DNA of 59,520 nucleotides, filler included, from Stramenopiles sp. TOSAG23-2 (taxonomy: Eukaryota): assembly GCA_900128395.1 (NCBI GenBank). It is 6 parts of 6 records of this genome, joined end to end, with 100 filler letters (N's around TTAATTAATTAA, not from the genome) between each part and the next. Parts side by side here need not be neighbours in the genome. Positions count along the whole stretch, not along the records: positions 1 to 9,854 come from LT650065.1; positions 9,955 to 19,800 come from LT650066.1; 4 more parts are not named here. The stretch is one strand, 5' to 3'. The notes under the pieces were generated by a model, which ran no database searches, was not told where the DNA came from, and saw nothing but the letters and a program-made list of their open reading frames with translations. Shown here one piece after another: positions 1-9,984 of the stretch; within the stretch, counting starts at the first letter, position 1; every line of letters starts with the position of its first letter. Position numbers and translations under genes: made by a program.

Positions 1-106
1 AAAATGGTTGATTCTTTTCTTTATAATTATGATTAATTTGTCGTATATATTGATTCGTATTATATTGAATTTTTTGTTTTACATATTGTTTCATACGATT
101 TGTCAT
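1..106 (-). CDS. possible 5' end of a gene running off the window start
   Basis: ATG at 106 opens a stop-free frame (MTNRMKQYVKQKIQYN...NQPF) to position 1; too short to assign. Confidence 0.25.
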   Translation of the reverse strand, partial: MTNRMKQYVKQKIQYNTNQYIRQINHNYKEKNQPF

Positions 107-787
107 TGTGGTATGATGGCGTGGTGGTGGTAATGTTAGAATATATATATATATATATGTGATCGCAGATGATGTATGTTTCGTTGTTTTGTTTTGTTTT
201 TTTGTTCCATTACTATTGTGATATGAAAAAATGTTTTATTTATTTTATGTTTTTTGTTTGTTCTATAATAAAAAAAATAATAATATATAAGAAGTTGTTT
301 GCCAGTTTGCCAGTTTGCACAATAATTGAAATTATTAAAAAAAAAAACCCGATGATTATTAATTTTTACTCAAAATCATGTATTTTAATTCTATTTCTAT
401 GCTAATTATTAGTATTTTTTTTTTTGTCTCTCTGTCTCTCTCTCTCTCACTACTGTCCGGTGTTGGTTGCAAACCTCTTCATCAATAACTTTAATACGAT
501 GCTATGTGCCTGTAAAATACCTTAAGTAGGTAAATACAATGACCAACCAGATGAACCACATCATAGGAATGCCATATGATAATTTGTACTTAAAAGGGAA
601 ATTAGAATACCAGATAATATAATAACTTTATTATCCTGTATAAATCTAAAAAAAAAAAATCTTTTTTTTTTTTTTTATCCATTTTTCCATCCTTTATATT
701 GACATTTAGTGCTTTATTGAGAGAGATTATATAAAGATAGTCGAGTGAGTGAGTGAGTGAGAGAAGACGACTAGAATAGAAACTGTA

Positions 788-1001
788 GGTATATATATAT
801 ATATAGATGCATATGTACATATCATTACATTACACAAGAATAAGCATTAAGTAATTAAAAAAAGAAAATAAGATACAAAAAGTTACGTGGGGAAGGTATA
901 TATATATATATAGATGCATATGTACATATCATTACATTACACAAGAATAAGCATTAAGTAATTAAAAAAAGAAAATAAGATACAAAAAGTTACGTGGGGA
1001 A
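788..1001. repeat. exact 107-bp tandem duplication (788-894 / 895-1001)
   Basis: GGTATATA...AGTTACGTGGGGAA read twice at offset 107. Confidence 0.9.
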
Positions 1002-1011
1002 AAAAACAAAT

Positions 1012-2538
1012 ATGGGAAATGCTGATGGAGTACAAGCTGCATGTTATTGTTTGATGATATGCATTTCATTAATTGTATTTATTATACAAATGGCAACAGA
1101 TCCACCACCGGAACCTGGTCCAAGTGGCGGGGTGGTGGACAATAATACAACGATTCATAGTTGCAGGCATTTTATAACTGTGAACAATGTGACGTATCCT
1201 ATGGAATGTGGTGGCGAATGCAAAGTAGAAGATGGTATGTGTAATCCAGAATATGATGGTTGCGTAGGGAAAAAATACAAGAAAATATTATGCCCAAATG
1301 AACAACCTTGTGTTTATACACAAAGTTTAAAATCTGATTGTGAAGGATTATGTTATCCAGATGGAATGTGTGGAGATAAATTCACATCAATATCAAAAGG
1401 TGAGATGGAATTTCATTTAACAATGTCAGTAGTGTATACAATACTATGTATAACTACTCTCGTTGTTGTATTGCCACAATTTGGTATTATTGTTGATACC
1501 AGTAAACGTAAAAATTTATATCATTGGCCATTTTTTACTGGTGTTTTTGTTATAATTTCTTGGTCTTTCACAATTGCCTCTGCTGTTGGGCAAGATAAGG
1601 GGGGAGCAAGTGAATATAGTAAGTACTTTGTCTCTTAACATATATGTACATTGTCATATCTATTTTATGCTAACACACACACACACACACATATTATAAT
1701 ATATATTCATATAGATAATCGATTTATTACCATGTTAGTATTTGCTATTTGCTATTTTATGTTTATTACTGGTTTTACTGCAACCAAGGTTCAAAATGAT
1801 AGAGCAAACCGATTTTCTCATTATAAATTAGCAGCCATGTTTACAATATTGGTAATTATTGATATCATGCATTGTTCTATTGGTCAATCTCAAGGATGGT
1901 TGAAGGAAATTGGCGGATTGCATCCATATGTTTCGAAAGAAAGTAAATGTTACGAGGAAGAATACTTAGCTTATGTATATGGTATGTTAATCTTTGGATT
2001 TTTTACATATGCATTAACTTTAGTAGATTTTATTGCAACTGCTCGCCAAATGAAACATCTTGAAAGCATTCATCTCTTTCTATTTCAACTCAGTATACCA
2101 TCTTTCATCACATGGATATTGTACATTTCATTTTGTTACAACTGTAAAGATACTGGAATTACGAAATTGTATACGTTTGGAATAACATTTGTAATATTTT
2201 ATGCAATGTTTCTTTCGTTTTATGTATATGATTGGTTACATCATCATGTATTCAATAAAAAACATCAACCTACAACTGATGATGCTGTTGCTATTGCAAC
2301 CGTGCCTGCAATTAAATTAGAGGAAAATGATACTACTTCTAATGAAAATTCAGATGCACCTCCAATTGCAAGAGCTTGGTCTGAACATTATGAAATATTG
2401 CATGAAGAAAACAATCCAATATGTGGTACGTTTATGAATATTTCTGTACTTGGTTTATTGATTGTAGGTTTACAATTTATGCTTGTCGGTTGGTACATGT
2501 ATGTCATTCGGGAAAGGTTAAAATCAAGGCATTTATAA
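1012..2538 (+). CDS. two-exon polytopic membrane protein (~9 hydrophobic segments) with a Cys-rich loop; exons 1012-1618 and 1715-2538
   Basis: ORFs 994..1638 and 1651..2538 join in frame through a phase-1 intron 1619-1714 (GTAAGT...CATATAG); first ATG at 1012; Cys-rich segment after the first TM. Confidence 0.8.
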
Positions 2539-2974
2539 ATTTTATTTTAATATAAATATTCAAATCAAAAACAACAACAAAAAAAGTGGGGTGTGAACAT
2601 GAAAGTTTCATACACATCACGAACACAAAAATAATTCATTTACATGTTTATCCCAATATGCCAGGGAGGAATATATATATATAATATATGAGTAAGAGAA
2701 AATTATATACATGTATATATATACATCACGCGCACGTGTACGAGAGTATAAAACAATATCTCCATAAACACAAGTTCAAAAGAGAGTCAAAAAATTTTTA
2801 ATTTTTAGTCCATAATCTAAGTACATATTTAGTATAGCTTTATTTTACAGTTTGATAGGAATTTTGTCTATTTTTTTAAATATATATATGTATTTTGAAT
2901 TAGAAGATGGGGAACCTGACTAGGAGGGTTTATGGATGTAAAAAACAAACATTCTATAGAAACACATAAAGAAA

Positions 2975-4627
2975 ATGGGACGTGGAAAAACGAAACGAAA
3001 AAACATGGCGAAGAAGCAAAAGGAACCGCTTGCGAAGAAGAAGAAGCGCGTGACGAAAGCGGTGAGGACCAATAAAAATGGTAGTAATAAAATTAAAAAA
3101 AAGAAAAAATCGTCTAAATCACGTCCAGCGGCATTATTATCAAGTGATGATGAGGATGGTATGGACGATGTTTATGGTGGTTTGGATGCAGATGCACCGA
3201 GTCCTGGCATGATGAATTTAAGTAATGGAATTATTGGTACTAATACATCAAATGGGGCAATGATGATGATGATGGCAACAGGTGATGGAACATCTACAAA
3301 TGATAATAATAATAATAATAGTAATAATCTAAGTAGCAATAATAATAATAACAACAACAACAATACTAATAATAATAATGATCCAATGACAGAAAGGTTA
3401 GAAGATAGAGAAGGTAATAACTATTTCTTAGCACATTCAAAATCAAATAGATCGAAAGTAACATCAACAAGAACGATGGAATCATTAAGAATACCAGGTG
3501 ATGTAGAAGCAAGAGACATTGTTAGCAAATTACGCTTGAAAAATAAGAAAGATATTGGAATATTATATCAATATTACCTCAACCAATTTCCAAGGTGGAG
3601 GTTTCGTTTACGAAATGGATTTAATATGATGTTTTATGGTCTTGGTTCGAAGAAATGGTTATTAGAACGTTTTGTTGAATATTTGGACGATGGTACTGTT
3701 GAAAGTGCTGGTGATGTTATTGTAGTAAATGGTTTTTCCCCAAATCTATCAATACGTGAAATTTTAAATACGATTGCTAAAAAGATTGTTAAACATACAT
3801 TAAAAGGTAAAACAAATGTAGAGCAAGCAAGAGAAATTTCAAAAATTGTTAATGGTACCTATCCTAGCGTATTTGGCGGTGGTTATGGTAATAATAATAA
3901 TAACAATTATAATAATTTAAATGGTCATGCATCTTCATTCAATAATGAAGGTGTTGTAGATTTAATAAATGGTCCAATGTCGCGGAAAAAGAAACAAAGA
4001 AAGAAATATTCTAAAAGGATATCATCTGGAGGACGACGTCATAAAAATATAAATGATAATCGATTTCCAGAACGTAGATTATATCTAATTATTCATAATA
4101 TTGATGGACCATCATTACGTTCACCAAAAGCGCAAGAAGTGTTAAGTTTTTTAGCAGAAAGTCGTGGTATACATTTAATTGCATCGATTGATCATATTAA
4201 TGCAACATTTTTATGGGATCAACGAACGTTACAACGTTGTAATTTTTTATGGAATGATGTAACTACATATGAATCTTACAGTGTTGAATCGGTGTACGAG
4301 GAACCTATCATTGGAGGTACAGGCTCCAATGCTGCACGGGGTGCGATGTTTGTTCTCCGTAGTTTAACACCAAATCATCGTGATATCTTGCGTTTATTAG
4401 CTAAATATCAATTAGAAAACCCGAATAGTAAAGGTTTAGATTTTCATGAATTTTACACTCGTTGTAGAAATGAAATGTTATGTAATAGTGATCAAACACT
4501 ACGGCATCATCTGACGGAATTTATGGATCATGCATTAGTATTAACAAGCCGAGGGGTAGATGGGAAAGAATATTATTCAATACCTTTAAGTGAAGATGTG
4601 ATTCGTAATGTAATTTTACCAAGATGA
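2975..4627 (+). CDS. ORC2: origin recognition complex subunit 2
   Basis: motifs GFNMMFYGLGSKKWLL, LIIHNIDGPSLR, LIASIDHINA, WNDVTTY, C-terminal winged-helix LTEFMDH; basic and low-complexity N-terminus. Confidence 0.93.
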   Translation: MGRGKTKRKNMAKKQKEPLAKKKKRVTKAVRTNKNGSNKIKKKKKSSKSRPAALLSSDDEDGMDDVYGGLDADAPSPGMMNLSNGIIGTNTSNGAMMMMMATGDGTSTNDNNNNNSNNLSSNNNNNNNNNTNNNNDPMTERLEDREGNNYFLAHSKSNRSKVTSTRTMESLRIPGDVEARDIVSKLRLKNKKDIGILYQYYLNQFPRWRFRLRNGFNMMFYGLGSKKWLLERFVEYLDDGTVESAGDVIVVNGFSPNLSIREILNTIAKKIVKHTLKGKTNVEQAREISKIVNGTYPSVFGGGYGNNNNNNYNNLNGHASSFNNEGVVDLINGPMSRKKKQRKKYSKRISSGGRRHKNINDNRFPERRLYLIIHNIDGPSLRSPKAQEVLSFLAESRGIHLIASIDHINATFLWDQRTLQRCNFLWNDVTTYESYSVESVYEEPIIGGTGSNAARGAMFVLRSLTPNHRDILRLLAKYQLENPNSKGLDFHEFYTRCRNEMLCNSDQTLRHHLTEFMDHALVLTSRGVDGKEYYSIPLSEDVIRNVILPR

Positions 4628-4780
4628 GAGATTGAAAAAGAAGGGGTTGTCTCGCATTTTCAAATCTTACAAAAAGAAGTTTTTTAAAAAGAGGAGAGAT
4701 AATTTATTTTTACAAATATGCTTACTAAAATATATATATTGTGTCTTGTTGTTGATGAAGAGGTCACAGGTCACACGAGG

Positions 4781-5443
4781 TCACTCTTCTTCCGCAATTT
4801 CTATTATATCAAAAAATAATGTGAAATCATCTAATGGTGCAGGATTTAAACTGATTTCAATGATATCAAAATTTGTAATGCAATTATTTAACTTCATTTC
4901 AATTTCTTTTTGTATGCTCTTTCCAATGTACGGAAATGCTTTAATATTATTGTTACATGCAGCAAATGCTATATCAAGATTAGATTGTAATTCCTTAGAT
5001 GCGCAACGTATTACTGTACCGTTATGTTGTACAGCATGTAAGACAATATCATAATTATTTTGTATACTTTCAGAACAATATTGAATTGCAAAGGGTGTTT
5101 GAAATACCGCTGCTTTACAAATTTCTATATTAGATCTTAACTCGTTAGATGCAAATTGTAAAGCATTTCCATCTTGTTTAACTGCTTGTAAGACTATTTT
5201 TTTATGATCGCGTAAACCTATTGCATACCTTAAAGCGCGTCCATTATATGTTACAGCTTCAAATAAAACATCAACATCTTTTCTCATATTATCGGAAGCC
5301 CAAAGCAATGCATCTCTGCCTGTTTTTACAGCTTCCATAACAATTTCTTTATCATTTCTAAGTTTTACATTAGTACAAGTCATTAATGCATCGCCATTAA
5401 TTTTAACCGCGGCAAGCATTGCTTCCCTTGATGAATTCGACAT
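4781..5443 (-). CDS. DUF4116-type helical repeat protein
   Basis: about 7 repeats of ~25 aa (D.EIV..AV...G.AL.YAS..LR). Confidence 0.8.
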   Translation of the reverse strand: MSNSSREAMLAAVKINGDALMTCTNVKLRNDKEIVMEAVKTGRDALLWASDNMRKDVDVLFEAVTYNGRALRYAIGLRDHKKIVLQAVKQDGNALQFASNELRSNIEICKAAVFQTPFAIQYCSESIQNNYDIVLHAVQHNGTVIRCASKELQSNLDIAFAACNNNIKAFPYIGKSIQKEIEMKLNNCITNFDIIEISLNPAPLDDFTLFFDIIEIAEEE

Positions 5444-5535
5444 GTTTTATGTATATATACCTTTTGTCATGCATGTCATAAAATGTGAAAACAAAAAAAC
5501 GCATGTATAAAAGAGAGACAATTTATTTATATTTC

Positions 5536-5796
5536 AATGGGTGTTGAAGTTATATTATATTATAGTTATCATATTGTATCATCAAATACCGGTATCAAAT
5601 AATGAGGAAAAAAGGCGACGCACGTTTTGAAAACATATTTTTGATGAAGAAAAAAAATAAAGTATAATGGGTGTTGAAGTTATATTATATTATAGTTATC
5701 ATATTGTATCATCAAATACCTGGTATTTATTATATCAAATGAGAAAAGGCGACGTTTTGAAAACATATTTTTGATGAAGAAAAAAAATAAAAGTAT
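5536..5796. repeat. imperfect ~130-bp tandem duplication (5536-5665 / 5666-5796)
   Basis: AATGGGTGTTGAAG...AAAGTAT occurs twice, with small indels in the middle. Confidence 0.85.
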
Positions 5797-5823
5797 CATA
5801 TGTATGTACACGTAATACACAAA

Positions 5824-6095
5824 ATATATATATATAATACTGTACACAATCATTGGTCATTGCTACTACTATTACTAGACTTCTTTGTATCATATACCTC
5901 TTCTTCTTCTTCTCTATAAACTGGAGTAGTCGCTCTTCTGTTAAACACTCCATTGATTTATATATATATATAATACTGTACACAATCATTGGTCATTGCT
6001 ACTACTATTACTAGACTTCTTTGTATCATATACCTCTTCTTCTTCTTCTCTATAAACTGGAGTAGTCGCTCTTCTGTTAAACACTCCATTGATTT
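5824..6095. repeat. exact 136-bp tandem duplication covering the 3' end of the 5986-8103 gene
   Basis: 5824-5959 equals 5960-6095. Confidence 0.9.
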
Positions 6096-8103
6096 CTTTA
6101 TAAGTTTTCAATTGACCCTCTAAACTATAAATCGTCTTTTTAGCATCCTCGAGCTTTTTCTGCTTAGATTTACGATATATTATTTCTTTATCAAGTTGCT
6201 CTCTCTTATGTTTCAATTTTCCAGCTAAATTATCATAATTTGATTTAAGTTCTTTGTATTTTTCTTCCTGTCGCTCATTTTCCAGCATAAGATCTTCCAC
6301 CCGTAATCTATATGCTTTTATTTCTTGTAAATGTATTTCCCGTTCTGCAAACAAACTTTCAACTGTAATATTTTGATTTTGAAGTTTTTGGCTTTCTAAC
6401 TCTACTTCTTGATCAAAAACACTCATTTCATTTCCAGGGTCGTATACATCATCTTGATTGTAGTCATATTCCATCATCATATTGTTAATATTGTTATTGT
6501 TGTTAAAACTGCCGTCCATGTTACCATAACCATCAATCGGAATGTTATTGTTATTATTATTATTATTATTAATACTACTACTTTCATTCACCACTTTATT
6601 TACTTGAAGTTTTTGGCTTTCTAACTCTACTTCTTGATCAAAAACACTCATTTCATTTGCAGGGTCGTATACAGCTTGGTGATTATTGTCATATTCCATC
6701 ATCATATTCTGAATATTGTTATTGCCGTTCCTACTACCAATCGTAATGTTATTATTACTACTTTCATTTACCACTTTATTTACCATCTTCCCATCATCAC
6801 CTGCTATTGTTTTCTGTTTTTTTCGCTGTTCTTCTGTGGAATTATATTCATTAGCATCATCAGAAAACTTCCTTTTCTTATTACTATTATTATCATTATT
6901 TGCAAAGTTTGAGGTATTGGTGGTAGTAGTGGTTGTGGTCGATGAAGCGAAAGCCTTGTTGTTGCCACTGTTGCTTCCACTATTGTACTCTCCTTCATCA
7001 CTTTTCCATCGCCGGACAGCAATTGGGTGTATTTTCTCACTAAGTAGCATATTATTATCTTCATTTTCTTGTACAGGTACTATCATTGGTAATCTATCGT
7101 GATAATCTTCCCAATTACTATCATGAAGAATCTTTATTAACTTTAAATCAAGCAATGGTCGTTGGTGTTCATAGCGATAGGATGTAATAGCAACTTGAAC
7201 TACGTTGCCACTTACTACATCCGTATGATATGGTATAAAACCATCTTTACTAAAACCAAAATTGACAAAACAACGACCATTTCTTGAAGACACAACTATG
7301 CCAATATATATCTCAAATGAGTTTAATATAATATCTGAATGATCCCAACGACATCCAGAACAGCTATTTCTGTCAATCGCAAAATCTACACAGCATCTCC
7401 TCCCCCCCCCCCCATAACGATGAACAATTTTCTTCCGTGCAGGTGGTTGTTGTTTCCCTCCATCGTCTGAGCGAGGATTCATTGAATTATTTTTATTATC
7501 GTTAAAAAATGAATGCTTAACTTCTTCCAGACGCAATTGTGGAAGTTTTGCCGATGCGTTTTTTGCTTCTTCATCTACAGCTGTTGTGGCCTCTTCCATA
7601 TCTATACCATCCATGGATGCACATATATGTTTATCATTCTTGCTAAAAATTCTAATGCAAATTTTCGAACCTGTTCTTATGTTCCTTTGGTAATACGGGG
7701 TCATCCGTTTCCTTCCTAATATAATATTGGTTCTAATATTAGCTTGTTCTTCAAGACCAATTATATGCAGGTGAGCTGAATTTACATGTTCCGTTTTTGA
7801 GAATTGTTTTTGCTTAGAATATGTAATTTTTTTTACAATTGCATCATATGCGCAGGTCCCTATTACAAGATCGTCTATTGTCATTTTTTTCTTTGTAAAT
7901 TTACCATCAATAATATCGCTCAATGTCATAGTACTCGCCATATTTGTTGCATGATCCCTCTTCTTGCCAACAGCTGTTTGACTTGTTTCATTATTGTTAT
8001 TTTCACGCCACCTTCTTCTAGTATAGTCTAAACCTCCTGAAGATGTTGATGATGCATGTGATGCAGAACGTTCTTCTTGTTCGCCCCAACGTTGTCGTGG
8101 CAT
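5986..8103 (-). CDS. putative RNA-binding protein: two S1/OB-like regions, a CCCH-like finger, an internal duplication and a C-terminal coiled coil
   Basis: first ATG 8103 (MPRQRW); S1-like YIGIVVSSRNGRCFVNFGFSKDGFI...GNVVQVAI; CVDFAIDRNSCSGCRWDH; duplicated VNKVVNESS...VYDP.NEMSVFDQEVELESQKLQ; E/K-rich heptads. Confidence 0.6.
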   Translation of the reverse strand: MPRQRWGEQEERSASHASSTSSGGLDYTRRRWRENNNNETSQTAVGKKRDHATNMASTMTLSDIIDGKFTKKKMTIDDLVIGTCAYDAIVKKITYSKQKQFSKTEHVNSAHLHIIGLEEQANIRTNIILGRKRMTPYYQRNIRTGSKICIRIFSKNDKHICASMDGIDMEEATTAVDEEAKNASAKLPQLRLEEVKHSFFNDNKNNSMNPRSDDGGKQQPPARKKIVHRYGGGGRRCCVDFAIDRNSCSGCRWDHSDIILNSFEIYIGIVVSSRNGRCFVNFGFSKDGFIPYHTDVVSGNVVQVAITSYRYEHQRPLLDLKLIKILHDSNWEDYHDRLPMIVPVQENEDNNMLLSEKIHPIAVRRWKSDEGEYNSGSNSGNNKAFASSTTTTTTTNTSNFANNDNNSNKKRKFSDDANEYNSTEEQRKKQKTIAGDDGKMVNKVVNESSNNNITIGSRNGNNNIQNMMMEYDNNHQAVYDPANEMSVFDQEVELESQKLQVNKVVNESSSINNNNNNNNNIPIDGYGNMDGSFNNNNNINNMMMEYDYNQDDVYDPGNEMSVFDQEVELESQKLQNQNITVESLFAEREIHLQEIKAYRLRVEDLMLENERQEEKYKELKSNYDNLAGKLKHKREQLDKEIIYRKSKQKKLEDAKKTIYSLEGQLKTYKEINGVFNRRATTPVYREEEEEVYDTKKSSNSSSNDQ

Positions 8104-8631
8104 CTTCGTTTTCAAAAATCTTTATTATTATTATTATACAAGAGTCCAAGATTTCTTAGAGTTAACAAATAAATGAAATTGCCCCTCGTATATGTGCTTT
8201 TCCGGTACACTATTATTGTTTTCCTTTCTTTGCACACACCTTTCTGTGATAAATATTATTACATAAATCAATATATGAAGTGATTATAGAATTTGTTTTG
8301 TTGTTTATGTTGTTTGAGACGACTTTTTATTTTGGTCGTCGTTTTTATAGAGTGATTGATGGATTAAGACTACCAAAAAGGAGCTTATAAGGAGCTCAGC
8401 TCCCGAATATCCGATAATTAGCTCTAGCAACTCAATTATTATACAACTTTTTGATGATTATTTAAGAGGATAGAAATTCCTGAAATGTTATTGATTTTTT
8501 TAAGGAGGCAAAAATCCATTGCCGCGGCATCATAAGGGCTGATGGATTTAGAGATTTACACCATTCCTTCGTAATTTTTTTCACACACACCAGATGTTTT
8601 CAATCATTTTAATCGTAATTTCTTCTTTTTT

Positions 8632-9633
8632 TTATAAATCATTCACAACAACATTTGCAATAAATGGTTCTGCAACCCACTTGCCTGCAAATGAAAACAA
8701 AGTTTGATTAACGGAAACTTGTAAATCATAAATACCACCATTTAAAGATAAACATATTGCAAGATAAGTTGAAGCGTTAGTAGATTTGCATTCATTACAT
8801 ACGGCAGAGTATTGTGTGCAATATCTATATGATGTTTCTACAGTTGGATGCAGTTTAATACCATCTGCAACACTAAACCATGCATCACCATTTGTAATTT
8901 GTTTTGGTGGCTTCACAATAACAGTTTCATTGTAAGAAGCTTCATCACTTAAATATGTAACTTCACCCCATTTACTTGTATTTATTTCCAAATGAATGCA
9001 TAAAGGCATATTGGACCAACCTTTTGGTGTATTTACACCACATTGAATTGGTGGTTGAGAATTGCATTTTTTTCCATACCAAAAGCAACGGAAATCTTCA
9101 GTAGGGCATGTGGTCTTTGACTCATATGTTGGGCATGCTGGAGGTGGGGTTGGAAATGGTGTTAAACGTCCAGTCATTCCAGACAATACATTTTTTTGAT
9201 GAATTATTCGTGTAATACCATAATCGTATGCCGTGCATCTTAATGTGACTTGTCCTTTATGCGTTTTGGAGTCGCCTAGAATTTCCAAAGACCAACCAAT
9301 TGGGTTTGTACTATTTTTTGAGCGGTGCCCAGCAGAATTTGTAGCAGATGAACAACAGATAGCCACAGCACCTCCTTCAATATAAATATAACGTGGTTGT
9401 AAATCAAATGTAAAATTTAATAATTCTTTCCCTTTCCAGCTTGTTGAATTCGTGTATCCTTCACAATATCCTGCATCAAAATCACCGACCGTATCAATAT
9501 TGAACAATGGCATTTGCATCAGTTTATTCGCTTCAATAATATTCTCTGATGATGTGTGAATGCATTTTATTTCATAGAATGATAATATTACCAAAATTGT
9601 AATTAATAATAATTTACAAGAAGAAGTCGACAT
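8632..9633 (-). CDS. secreted Cys-containing protein of unknown function
   Basis: first ATG 9633; hydrophobic signal-like N-terminus; Pro-rich linker and small Cys knot (CPTYESKTTCP...CFW...C); several NxS/T sites. Confidence 0.75.
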   Translation of the reverse strand: MSTSSCKLLLITILVILSFYEIKCIHTSSENIIEANKLMQMPLFNIDTVGDFDAGYCEGYTNSTSWKGKELLNFTFDLQPRYIYIEGGAVAICCSSATNSAGHRSKNSTNPIGWSLEILGDSKTHKGQVTLRCTAYDYGITRIIHQKNVLSGMTGRLTPFPTPPPACPTYESKTTCPTEDFRCFWYGKKCNSQPPIQCGVNTPKGWSNMPLCIHLEINTSKWGEVTYLSDEASYNETVIVKPPKQITNGDAWFSVADGIKLHPTVETSYRYCTQYSAVCNECKSTNASTYLAICLSLNGGIYDLQVSVNQTLFSFAGKWVAEPFIANVVVNDL

Positions 9634-9854
9634 TTTTTTATGATACAACAGCTTCAGTGTATACTAATATTCGCTAATTTCAATAACCAGGAAGTGAGAG
9701 CAAGCCCAGCAAAAGAGACACTATTATATGTACGAGGATAATGAAGAAGAATATTCAAAAGTACTATATCTTACAAATGTGTTTGTATTAATCATTCTTC
9801 CAGAGTAATATGTATATTAATTCCCTGTTGGGCACCTGGTAATTGTTGAATTCC

Positions 9855-9954
9855 NNNNNNNNNNNNNNNNNNNNNNNNNNNNNNNNNNNNNNNNNNNNTT
9901 AATTAATTAANNNNNNNNNNNNNNNNNNNNNNNNNNNNNNNNNNNNNNNNNNNN
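9855..9954. other. artificial contig linker N44-TTAATTAATTAA-N44
   Basis: identical 100-bp spacer with six-frame stops. Confidence 0.98.
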
Positions 9955-9984
9955 CTGGAGTTCAGGACGTGTGCTCTTCCGATC
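9955..9984 (+). other. Illumina TruSeq adapter remnant
   Basis: CTGGAGTTCAG(G)ACGTGTGCTCTTCCGATC matches GTGACTGGAGTTCAGACGTGTGCTCTTCCGATCT with one extra G, at a contig end. Confidence 0.95.

Noticed and set aside
450-610. Possible membrane-protein fragment on the minus strand
   Set aside because: Short, interrupted by a stop, no recognisable motif
8511-8550. Hairpin AAATCCAT...ATGGATTT around TGCCGCGGCA as a SECIS or ncRNA
   Set aside because: No proper SECIS core geometry and no in-frame TGA in the adjacent gene
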